NCBI RefSeq assembly: GCF_009914755.1
Contig: NC_060925.1
Reading direction: 5' to 3' (one strand)
Length of the DNA: 64,000 nucleotides
Source of the DNA: the human T2T-CHM13v2.0 reference genome, Homo sapiens
How positions within the stretch are numbered: position 1 is the first letter of the stretch; each line of letters begins with the position of its first letter. The notes beneath the pieces are model-generated. The model did not search any database. It was given only the letters and a program-made list of their open reading frames with translations, and was not told the DNA's origin. Below are positions 14,134-27,795 of this stretch, one piece after another. Both the position numbers and the translations under genes were made by a program.

Positions 14134-14499
14134 AAAAGCTTTTCAAAAGTCCACCCAGGATTTTTTAAGACATTTTCCCATTTGTTTTTGCTTGGACGAC
14201 CTGGTTACTCCTTGAGTGCGGAATATATAATCTAAAGCATGTTATGTGCAAAAGGTGCCATGGTGTTAAAAATTAAAACTTGGAATTGGTTGTAGTACCA
14301 TTCGTTACATTTCAAAGTGACTAATGCTGATGTCAAAACCAGAATGCTAATGGTAATAACAGGTCATATCAAGAGTTTTTTGAACTCCAGGGTCTTCATG
14401 CTCCGAAATACTCATTTGCGTTTCCATGTATTCTATCCTCTTAAAAGTTCTCGGTCACAGTGCAATATAGCATTTGCAGTAGCTCCAACAGTGCTTCCT

Positions 14500-14636
14500 T
14501 TATGAAACATTCAGTGGGGAGTTCTCCTTCCAGCTCTGCCCCACTCCTGCCTTTCTACACTTGTGTAGAGATATAGCCAGGATGATGACAAGGATGATGA
14601 CCACAAATACCACAGCTCCAATGATGTAGAATATTT
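14500..14636 (-). CDS. F3: F3 exon 6 coding part (transmembrane helix and cytoplasmic tail)
   Basis: ttttcAG acceptor, 137 nt, ...IFYIIGAVVFVVIILVIILAISLHKCRKAGVGQSWKENSPLNVS*. Confidence 0.98.
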
Positions 14637-15285
14637 CTGAAAAATAAAGGGCATCTAGTCAACTTGGAGAGCTCAAATCCCATTTATCAGTGGACAAAAT
14701 TGACGGCATAACCCCAAATTACACCATCCTATTTTTGTGCAATTTGACTTTCTTTCACTCTTTCCACCACACTTACATTAGGAAAGAATTTGTCAAAACC
14801 TGAACGTTTCAGAGTAATTGACAATGGCTAAACACATTTAATGGGCATTTAATAAACTGAATAATGCACAGTCCAGAAAAGATATGTAGTTGGAGGTAAG
14901 AACAATGGCTGGAAAGAAGTGCCTAAAAACGATGCTGAGATTGATGGCAATGATTATAACGGAAGGTGAACCCTAAGTGCAAAGTGGGAGATCCAAAGTG
15001 CTACCAGGATTTGGGTGAAGAAGAGATAGTAACTAGTTGGTGCAGTAGCAAGGCCTTCTGGTGGAAGTGGCGTTTGAAATGCCTCTCCAAGATAGAGAAC
15101 GGCCAGGGAAGCAGAGAAGTGTGTGTGCACAAAAGGAGAGGCAGTGGAATTAGAGCTAGGCTTTAGGACAATGACTGAAGGCTGTGGGTAGGATGGCTCA
15201 GAGGGGTGCAGGACCAGAGGTAAAGAGAAACCTCTCCTGTCAGTGGCAATAAACAGGAGAGAACAGTTTATTTAAAGTGTTTTAA

Positions 15286-15639
<354 letters not shown>

Positions 15640-16311
15640 TAAGCCATCGTTTATATCCCCTGACTCTTTTCTTCACTGAAAGTACTCAGAATACTTTCCC
15701 TGTAAGGCATGGATCGAGACACACAGGCTTGCAGCTTCCTGCAAGAGTCTGAAGGCCCACAGCACTTCCGGTTAGGGACTGTTCCTCGCACAATGGGCCT
15801 GAGCTCCCAACATATGCACATGCATGTACACACACGTGTCCGCCATATACACACATGCATGCATGTGGGTATATTTGATATACTCAATCCCTTCCCTTGA
15901 TGGGTTAGACTCTACAGCCTCTGTGGCAACAGCCCACAGTGGGTACTCACGAATGTCTACTGTGTCCTGTTGCAGCTGGTCCAGAAGCCACCCCCAGAAT
16001 TAGAATTTAAGCATGAAAAAATGCCCAGGGAAATCTGTGACTTGTTGCTAAATCCTAAACACAGTTTGTGTATCCAGTGCTCAGCAGAGGGCTTAGCACA
16101 TGACAGGTGCTCAAGAAAACACCTGCTAATACAAGGGCACAATCAACACAGAAACATTTCTAAATGTCCAAAATCTTTTTTGTACCAAAGCAAAATCAAA
16201 ACCAAAACAAACAAATAACAACAAAAAACCTCCAGGCAGTTTGTTTTCCTGAATATTTAACCAAGGAAGTATATCCCAGCCCTGAGGGTGGAGCTACTCC
16301 TCCAGAAGTCA

Positions 16312-16542
<231 letters not shown>

Positions 16543-17115
16543 TCATCTGGGCTCTGAGTCAATTCTTTCCCCTTTATTAAGTCACTGTGGAAGTAAAAAC
16601 CTAGGTTCTAAGCAAAGCCTACAAGAACACAGCTGACACGTGAAGGATTAGAAGTGACTTCGCTAATCAGTTTCCCTTGATCACTGCTAAAAATGCCTTT
16701 TCCAAGACTGAGAAGATCCAATTTAGGCATATTGAACCCTATTGAGCCCCTTTAGAAGATATCTGCAGTAAAAGAAAAAGGAAGGGAGTATTATGCATTG
16801 AACCAAAAACAAATTTTGTGCCTGGGATCCTCAATAGAGGGAGAAATGTGAGCGTGGCGGGACCTTTAGAGATGACCTGATCCAGCCGGTTGGCTGAGGA
16901 ACCTGGGTCTCCGAGGGGGCCCTGCCCAGAGTCACAGGGTAGTGCAGAGTCACAGGTAGGACCAGGCCTGTTGTCCACCCCTCCCCACAGTGCGCGCTCC
17001 CCCTTCTACTCCATCACCTTCTCAACAACTCTGTTCTGCTATTTTTGAATTGGGGAAGAAATGGGTTGTAAAACCCAAGTATTCACAATTTAAAACAGGT
17101 CATAAAAACAAATTA

Positions 17116-17388
<273 letters not shown>

Positions 17389-17610
17389 TTAATTATCTCT
17401 CATATAAAACATGTGCATAGAACCAGCTCCCTGAAAGAAGCAGGCGTGGCGGCCTGGAGCTGAATCCTAAGACATTCTGTGGTAGTGCTGGCCCAAGGGG
17501 AAGACAATGGAGCCTCAGATGTCATTTTAAGTTTTCTAGTAGTCACATTAGAAAAAGTAAAAAGGAACAGGTGAAATTAATTTTAATAATATATTTTATT
17601 TAACCAAAGA

Positions 17611-18457
<847 letters not shown>

Positions 18458-19985
18458 CATATATCTGGAATATAATCATTTTAATGTGTAATCAATATAA
18501 AAAAGTTTTGAGATATTCTACACTTCTTAAATTCCAGTGTGTACTTTATACTTAGAGCATTAGCCATATTTCAAGTGGTCAACAGCCACATGTGGCTAGT
18601 GGCTACTATACTGAACAGGGTGGTAGCATAAACTACGATATTTTAGGTTCAAAAATATGTAGGGCTGTGAGAAAGCCCAGGAAATGTCCTTGGTACCTCG
18701 AGAAGCCGGATTTAACCACGGGGTCTCTGCAATGGCTCAATTATCTCATGTGCTTTGGTTAAATGACAGGAAAACAAACATCAATTCACAGGCCAAATAT
18801 GTGTGTGCACATGCAAAACAAACACATAAAATATCTTCTATCTTGCACCAACAAAGGATTTGAAGTAGCTTACAAAAAAACTCAAGAACTATTAATATAA
18901 AAGAGAATCATGAGGATGCCATTAATTAGGGGGGAAATGAATGTCAACCATGCCACAGTCACCAGAGGGGCTGCTGACGCTGCTACATTCTTGCCTGGTG
19001 CCACAAAAGACACAAGCAGAAGCACCTGGGGGTCTGGAGGGTCTTGCAAATGGGGGCTCTGGGAAGGCAGCCACATTCACCTGGGGTCAGGCCCCCTATT
19101 TCAACCCTCAAAGTAGATACCAGAGGAGGATGGTTGGTTGGTTGTCCGTCCACCCCTTCTTTTCACCATTCCTACCTTGAGAAACTGTTCTCTCTCGCTG
19201 GGCCTAACACTCACACAACACCTTCATTCTAACCAGCTGGCCTTACAAGAGAAGCTAATTTCACTCTACTCAATGTGCTACATGCATTTATCTAAATTGC
19301 CTAGCTCAGAGCCACAGTTGCGGCAAAAGAATAAATCTCCTACTTGACAGGAATTCTCTTCATTCTTTTACTGGCTCCTAGGGCCAGCTTACAGGGGCAA
19401 AGGCTGAGGAGGAAAGTATTCCACCTTTCCAAAACCAGAACGAGGGTGACAGGCAGATGGCTGGGCAGGTGCTGGCACATCACGGAACTCAAATCATGGC
19501 CAACTGATTAGAAAAGGTCAGCATAATTAGGCTAATTATGGGCTCAGAGGGAAACCATGGACTTTCCTCATTGATTTATGACCGTTTGGGAAAAATCCTC
19601 AACTGGGATTTTTAGTGTGATAACGGGACAGAAAAATCAGGATACATGATATATATATAGGGAAAAGCTAAAACCCCGGCCTTGGTGGATTTCCTATCCC
19701 TACCCGCTTCCCTGGCCCGCCCTCTCCCAACACACATTCAGCCGGTTACTGAGGACAGTAACAGGGTCTGGGGACAGACTGGGGGAGAAAGTTACTTGAT
19801 GACACTGTCATCAGCTCCAAAGTTCACATTCTGTGAACCTCCTACCACATCTGGAATGTGTGAAGAGGGCTGTGATACATACCAGTTTCTGAGAAAAAAA
19901 GAATAAATATTTTTAATTTTGTAGCCCCTAAAGGCACAAGATCACGAGAATGTTCAGACGTTTCTAACAAGAATGAACGGTATTA

Positions 19986-20240
<255 letters not shown>

Positions 20241-20352
20241 TTACAATTTGCACCCAACAAGATAGACTGCTTCCTGGCTGTGGTGTTCTGTGCTAACATC
20301 AGGAGCCCTACAATCAATCCTAATGATGCAGTCACTGTGCTGAGCACTTTGC

Positions 20353-20465
20353 TTTTTTTTAAACATTGTTTTGTAGAGATGGGGTCCTGCTATGTTGCCC
20401 AGGCTGATCCTTCTGCTTCGGCCTCCCAAAGTGCTGAATGTACAGGTGTGAGCCATCATACCTAG
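20353..20465 (-). mobile_element. Alu monomer (FLAM-like) fragment
   Basis: gtagagatggggtcctgctatgttgcccaggctg...gcctcccaaagtgctg. Confidence 0.8.
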
Positions 20466-23400
20466 CAACACCGAGCACTTGGGATGCATGTTTGAGTCCT
20501 CATAGCAACCCAGGGGATGGCTCTGTAATTTGCCTTGTTTTTACAAATAAGGCTACTGAGACAAAGTGAGATTGGGTGACTAGCTCAAAATCACACAGCT
20601 GGACTTTGAACCAGACAGCTATTTGACTCTTGGATCTGTACTCAACCATTTTGTTAAATATCTTTCTTTTAGAATGTAGACGCTCTCTGTCAGGGTAACA
20701 GGAGAGAAAGAGCAGTTTTCCATCAAGATGAGGCAACTGAGACAAAGTGAGGTTGTTTACTATAGTCTACTTATTATAGTTGTTTGTTATATAATGTTCT
20801 ATATTCTATGTAGAATAGAGTCTATATAGTGAGTCTACATAATAACATGTTATACATATATTCTCTCATGACCACTATTAATAATATTATTAATCATTCA
20901 TTGACTCCACTATATGCCAGGTATTCTGCTGGACCCTTTACTCATGTTACTTCATTTGATATAATCCTTCCAAGAAGGTGTTGGATCTTTCTTATCCATG
21001 AGGACACTGAAGCTCACAGGCACTAAGCAACTTGCAGAAGGTCACATATCTAACGAGTGGCAGAGCTGGGTCTGTTTGCCCCATTATACTACATGCCTCC
21101 CTTCCTTTGCAAGATGTGAATCCATCCCAACAAAGATTACAGAATAAGAGTACAGGTAGTATCTGTCTAATAAAGTCTGAGACTAAAAAGCTAAAGACAG
21201 ATCTTTCTTTTGTGAGACGTCACTGAAGGGGAAATGATTTAAAGGACTTCTACTGACAATGAAATTCTTCTAAATGACCAAAATAATAAATAGGTGAAGC
21301 GTCACTGCAACTTGATTCACACACTTCTGTCCCATGGAAAGTGACAGTTATGCTGCTCTTCCCTTTGGCATTACTGACTGCCAGAGCCAGACCCATCGTT
21401 CAAGGCCAGGTCCCAACTCCACCTGCTCCAGGAATCTCCAGATCTCCCTGCTGAGCATTTACATCTCCCTCCCCTGTCCCCCAGCATGAGTTTCTCCACG
21501 ATGCTGTTAATATGAACACAGTCTGCCTGGTACGAGGGCTGCATGCCCTTGTGTGCCCCCATTAAGCAGCAGGGCTATAGGGTCTCGCTGACTATTAGAT
21601 GGTTTGCATTTACAGGTTGAATTAATACATAATCTCAGGGAAAACGAGGCACCACATGGATTCCATTGTCTAAATTCACACATAAAAGCCACAAATATAT
21701 TTTCTTTCAAAATCTGAACTAAGTAACCAGGCCAAAAGGATTTGGGTAAACACATTCTTTATCCTAAAGTGCACAAACTAAGATTGATACTGAAATATTT
21801 TGGTTTCTATTTATTTAATTTTATGTGATAAAAGTAGAGAGGGTATTTTGTTCCCGAATGACCAAAATGTGTTTTATTTTATCATTTCCATTTCAAAAAG
21901 TGAATGAGACTATGCTGTTTCCTTTTTATCAGTACAGCAAATAGTTGTTCAGATAACAGGAGAAAGTCTCCTAGGGCTTTCTATGTAACATAGAGATACA
22001 GTATTTGGTTCCTCCCAGCTCACAGCAGGGACCACATACTCTATAGCAAAATTTAGCACAAGGATTTATACAGTACCCTGGTAAGTAGTAAAACTGTATA
22101 AACAGGTAATGAAGGGACAATTCTGTAGAAAATCCCTCTGAATGCCATTAATAGCATTAACACTTTAAAAGCCTCCAAGGTTCCTCCAGGCATTGCAAAA
22201 CCCTCTGATTTGGAATTTTGAGTTAACTAAAAAATTCAGTCACTAATTTGGTTGCAGGTTGTTTTCCAGAAGCTTTGTAAATTCAGCTTTAGAATTCAGA
22301 ACATTTCCATGGAATGAATATCACCGGTGACGGTTTGTGCTAAGGCTTAAGCCAATAACATTTCCCAACCACCACTGAAAACTGTTAGCAAAGGTGAAAA
22401 ATGCAGTTGGAGTTCCAAGTAGGGGCTTCTGCACAGCAGTAGTGTCCTGCGGCTGGAGCCAGGCTGCAGTAGTGAGAGCAGTCGGGAGGGAAGAGAGGCA
22501 GCTGCTTAAGATGCTAACTGTAGGGAGGGAAAACAGGCAGAGAGGAAGGCCAACTGAGGAGATGCAGTGGGCAAGACTTTCCTTCTTCCTCCCGCTTTGG
22601 AGCCTCCCATCAGACTGTGGCAGAGCCACCTGAGGGATGGTGGTGTGTGGATACTGGGTAGACTTTGGTTCCAGACCTGACATGGGCACTCACCATCAGT
22701 GTAGTCATGAATAAATCCCTCACTTCTCAGAGCAACAGTTTCCTCAACTGTAAAATGACTGCTCTGGTCCTTTTTAACCAGGAATCTCATTTATTCCTGG
22801 GGTGGGCAGGAGAAGAGTGCACACCTCAGGCCGAGGCTGATGGAAAAGCTCCCAGGCCCTCCAGTACAGCAGCAAGAGATTGTTCAGTCCATAGGACCAC
22901 CCTGAGTCGGCTGGCATCCCCCAAGCTGTAGCCCTGCGCTCTGCTGTTTGCAGATCAGGAGCTGTGCTCATTTAAATAACAGCAGCCTTATAAAGTTCAA
23001 GAACTTACAGTTAACAAAGGCTTATGTTTAAAAAGCAGATGAATCATAAATATATTCCCATGTGTCCCTCAAATATTAGATTGAATATATTTAGGAGGTA
23101 AGCATTCCTCCCAAAATCTAATTTTTACCATATGGAAGTAAAGTGTTTACTAAGGTAAACTTCAGGCCTGTATCAGAGAAATTACTTACTAATTCTCAAT
23201 TGGTGAAATCTGAATTGACAAGTTTGACCAGAACTGTAATCATTATTTCATGTTATGAAATTCCTTCATCTTTCTCTCCCCCCACCCCCATACATATCCA
23301 CACATGCATGCACGTATGCATGCAAGTTCTCCTTGCTGGTTTGGCAACTACTGTCATGAAGTTCATTTTGAAAAACAAGAACATTCACTTAAAAGATGCA

Positions 23401-24293
23401 TCGTTATCTAGAAGTTGCATTCCTAATGCTGTAAAAGGCCTGGCACAAGCTAAAACAAAACAGAACAGCAAAATACCTTTTGTTTTAGCTAGTGCTACTT
23501 TTGTACTTTTATGTAATTAGCATTAAAATAATTTCCACAGCAGCTATTCTCTATTTCATAAGATCTCTACCAAGCCTCCTAGAACATTTCAAAAACCAAA
23601 AACTTGCCAAGAATATGGTGAAAACCATCAAGGAAGTCATAACCTTTAGATTGAACATGCTGAATTATCGCCTCCTGGGGACAGCTGCCAGTCAGAGTTG
23701 AGGCACCAAGAAGCAGAGCCACACCAGACCCAGAGGGTGCAGACAGCAGAGTATTTCTGCTCTGCCAGGCTCAGTGAGTCACGCATTTGGCCTCCTCCAC
23801 TAAGATCATGTATTCTACCAGATTTCGATTCATGGAGTCCAAAGATGAATGAATCAAACACTGCTTAAGGGCAATGTATACATTGGGATTCCTCCCCACC
23901 TCTTCCCTAAGGTGTTAGACATTGTTCACAGTCTAGACAGCAACAGAAAAAGACATCAATGTTTAGATGAGATTAATTAATCTATCATGACCCAAAGCAC
24001 ACTTCAGTGCCTACTCAAGATGGTTCATCTCTCCACAGTTTATACTCCACTTAGGAACTCTCCCATCATTTCCAAAAACAATTAAAACAATTAAAATGTT
24101 CTATCAGTTTAAGGTCTGGAAATGTTGCAGGCCTAATAGAGTATGACACCGGCCAGCGAATTGCCAAGAATCCCTTCTTCTTCGTCATCTGTTAAATAAT
24201 TTCATCCAGTAATCAGCTTTAAAGACATTCTTGTTCAGCATAGGACAGTAGAAACATCAAAGACCTTAATTTTCTTTTTCTGTACCCAGCTTA

Positions 24294-24518
<225 letters not shown>

Positions 24519-24609
24519 TCAACCACAAAAGCTTCATTAGTGAATTATCAAGAGAAAAAGAATCTTCAAATTTTTTCTAGACCTAGAATTTCTTCATGAC
24601 AAGATTCAC

Positions 24610-25104
24610 CTTGTAATCCCAGGACACCGGCAAGGATCTTGACATTTTCGTTTGAAATTATTCATGGGCAAAGCCTTGTTATAACTTGACCGGGAAGAGC
24701 CCAGAGCCATCAGTGTGCCAGTCCAGGACTCAGCTCAGGAAGAGTCAGGTTCAGCCCGCCAGGAAGGGTTTTCAGTAAGTTATGGAAAAAGATAAATCCC
24801 ACACGTGTGACAAGAGTTAGGACTGCATACAAATGAAAAAAGCCAAACTTCACTTTTTCCACTTTTATCTGAAATGTCGCTACACTGAAACTTCCACAGA
24901 GACCCACGGGGACGTGTGGCCTGTCACACCGTCGGCTGTATTGGATCAGGATTATTTCTTATGAAGGTCTGCTTTGCCAGTACGCAGCAGGTCCCAGTCT
25001 CTACGCCGTCCCGAACACCTCGTAGAAATACGGGGCATGCACAACGTTGTACCTGCTCCAATCTAAGCAGCAATCCAGCCCTTTTGGATTGCCTCTACCC
25101 AAAC
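24610..25104 (-). other. F3: Alternative stop-containing exon 1A of F3 (TF-A transcript), 495 nt
   Basis: Acceptor ccatctttgttctAG|G at 25104 and donor AAG|GTGAAT at 24610 give exactly 495 nt, the size I recall for exon 1A. In-frame TAG at 25001-25003. Confidence 0.75.
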
Positions 25105-25574
25105 CTAGAACAAAGATGGCCAGGAAAAGACCAGGGACGCTCTTTATTAAGGGAAGATGCACATATAATGAAAGATAATATCCAAACCTCTGCACGCCAA
25201 CACGTGCAGACGCAGGCACAAGTCCTATCATATTGAAGGTCGCAACTCACTGGGAAGCCCTTTCCCCAGAGTTAAAGCGGGAGCTAAAAGTCCGCTTATG
25301 CAACAACAGTCCAATTACTCGGACACCCCGAGCAAAACTCTCCAGCGGAAGGGGCAGCGGGGTCTGGGGCGCCAACTCCCTCCCTGCAACTCCCGCCGGC
25401 GCCCGACGGACTCGGTTCATTCAAGCCGGGCTGGGTGAGCGCAGCCGAGTCCCGTAGGCGCGGGGGACAACATGGGCGCCCCGGGGAACCAGGGCGAGCC
25501 CGCTGCCAGCCAGGACTGTCGCCTCCCTCCTGCGTGTGGCGCGCCCCGGGCTTCCAGGGGCTGGTGCCACTCAC

Positions 25575-25674
25575 CTGAAGCGCCGGCCACCTGGGCGAAG
25601 ACCCAGCCGAGCAGGAGCGTCCGAGCGACGGCGGTCTCGGGGCGCGGGACCCGGGGCCAGGCAGGGGTCTCCAT
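25575..25674 (-). CDS. F3: F3 (tissue factor, coagulation factor III) exon 1 coding part, signal peptide
   Basis: [33 protein letters not shown] followed by a GTGAGT donor. Exons sum to 100+112+200+179+160+137 = 888 nt = 295 aa + stop. Confidence 0.99.
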
Positions 25675-25796
25675 GTCTACCAGTTGGCGGCGAGATCGAG
25701 CGGGTTCCGTGGCGCCCGTGGGGCTGGGGAGGTTGGGCTGAAGGCGCCCTGGGCCGGCCAGAGGGAGTGCGAGGGGGTGCGGGGAGCTCGCAGTCT

Positions 25797-25910
25797 TGGG
25801 GAGCCGGTGCCCCGCGCGCTATAAAGGGCCGGCGGCGCGCTCTCCCGCGCCTCTGCCCGCCCCCGGCGCCCGCCCCCGCCGCTCCTCCCGACTCCCCGCC
25901 CCCGGCCCGG
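25797..25910 (-). promoter_or_regulatory. F3: F3 core promoter: TSS ~25797, TATA box, overlapping Sp1/Egr-1 sites
   Basis: Minus-strand TTTATAG at 25819-25825, GCGGGGGCG at 25871-25879, several GGGCGG boxes. Confidence 0.88.
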
Positions 25911-25975
25911 GTCACTTGCCGTCGCGGTGGGCGGCCCCCGGCGAGTCCACACCCCTGCCCCGCCTCCTCCCGGTA

Positions 25976-26020
25976 GGAAACTCCGGGACCCTGCAAGGGA
26001 TGACTCACCCCAGTGATTCA
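25976..26020 (-). promoter_or_regulatory. F3: F3 LPS-response element: two AP-1 sites and a kappaB site
   Basis: CGGAGTTTCC (25976-25985), TGAGTCA (26001-26007) and TGAATCA (26014-26020), i.e. about -180 to -223. Confidence 0.92.
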
Positions 26021-27725
26021 ACCGCGCCACCGAGCGCGGAGCTGCCCTGGAGGACGCAGGCGGGTCTAGTTGCCCGGGTCCCCCAAGGCCCCCGGATTCA
26101 CCCAGGCCCGCGACTCCGACGTGCAGCTTAGGTGGGTTGCAGGTCTATGGCAGGAAAGGGAGGGCGCCTTGGAAGAATTCTTCCCTTCCATTTGGTGATA
26201 AAGTGGGAGAGGCGGCATTTACAACATTTAATAGAAAGCACGGGCTCTGGGCTCCCCTCGGGCAGCGGAGGGCATTTCCCGGATGCTTTGCCCACCTGGG
26301 GCAGAAGCTCGGGACCTGCAGCGAAGTAAACGTGTGGCTGTGAGCAGGGCCCTCTCCCAGCCACGGTGGCTTCTTCTACCCCACGAAGGTCAAGAATACT
26401 TGGCCTGCCCACCTCGCGGGGCCCTTAGCGGGTCGCACAGGAGAAAGGCGGTGGGAATGCCGGTGTCAGCCACGGTGTGACCGGCTCGGCTCACAGGTCT
26501 GAGGGTCAGTTGGCTCAGGCATCGCCCGGTACGACCAGAGATAGTGACTGAGGAAGAGCAGCCTCACATCTGGCAGTTTGCCTCTGGGAGAATTCCAGCG
26601 TGACATCTGCAGCTCTGTGGTTCCAGAAAGGATGGTTCCCACATTGAAGAAGACATCTGTGGGACTGAGTTCCACCGAAATGCAGAGGAACCAAAAATGA
26701 AAATGAAAAATGTAACCAGAGTTGTGTGCCACTAGTTTTAAGCTTTGGTTTTTCTAAATTATTTTCTGGCTTCTCCTTCTGGGCTTTGCTGTAAACTTGC
26801 CAAGCATGAGAACAACTCTTCATCTATTGAGTGGCATTTTAAGCCATCCTGTCAAAGTATCTCCTGTCATTTTTATTATTATTACTCTATATTGCCTGCA
26901 AGACACGACTGGAGAATTCTTAGTGTAAGAATTGTTTGTTTCCTCTCTCCTTCTTTCCCACGTTTTCCCAGGGAAGTCAGTCTTGCATTTTAATGCATAC
27001 TATATACTGAACCACTTGTTTTAACAGAATAAAACTGTGCAAAATTTTAATTTTCCTCCTTTGCCTGAACTGAAATAGCACATCCAGGTTTAGCCCTTGT
27101 AGACTTTCCTTCCTCGAAGCAGAAAGTTGCCCTTGATGATTTCCTCTTTGAGCTCTCTGCCAGCTCTGAAACCCACAAAATTTATGTTTGCAAAACTAAG
27201 CCATGCAATCCTCTTTTTATGCAGGCTCTAGCCTGAGTCATTTTCCCTAAGAGATCTTCAGCTCCACCTGGGATGTGATTCTTTGCTCTCTGGGATTGAA
27301 GGTAGCTGAAGAGAAATAGTTACACTTCAGGTTTGTTACAAGACCCAAGAAATTGTTGCAATTCCACTTGGAGTCACTGACTTTTCTGAAATCATATAGG
27401 GCTTTAAACAATGTCAAGATCAGCCATTTGATAAGAAAAATGTTTACCATTGGATTGTGATACACAATGTGCCTTAAATATTGATAAATTAGATGAATAT
27501 TTATTTTGTATATCCATTAAAATAGACAGGAAAGAGAAGATGTTGGGTGTTTGCACAGGCTTTTTAGTCAGTACGGAATGACATTCTTCAAGATTTAAAA
27601 ATGCTAAAGTCATTACTATTTTCAAGAAGAGGGAGGAAGAAAACGTGGTAAATAATATTTCATTGCGAAGTGTTTTTCCCTGACTGATCTAATTGTGGCC
27701 AGATCTACTTTTTGACGGTGCGAAG

Positions 27726-27795
27726 TGTACTTTTTAATGGTGCCAAACAGCAGTTGATCTATAATAACTGCTGCTTGGCACCATTAAAAAGTACA
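27726..27795. repeat. Near-perfect inverted repeat (30-bp arms, 10-nt loop)
   Basis: TGTACTTTTTAATGGTGCCAAACAGCAGTT-gatctataat-AACTGCTGCTTGGCACCATTAAAAAGTACA, 29 of 30 positions pair. Confidence 0.95.

Larger units (their letters stand above)
25300..26540. promoter_or_regulatory. F3: CpG island over the F3 promoter and exon 1
   Basis: Very high GC and CpG density compared with the CpG-depleted flanks. Confidence 0.92.

Noticed and set aside
15809-15868. Alternating purine-pyrimidine tract in intron 5 (similar at 23290-23323)
   Set aside because: Degenerate CA/TG low-complexity sequence, common in introns, with weak Z-DNA potential.
25417-26131. Several overlapping 85-146-aa Pro/Gly/Arg-rich ORFs
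   Set aside because: Stop-codon depletion in the CpG island explains them. Only 25575-25674 is real coding sequence.
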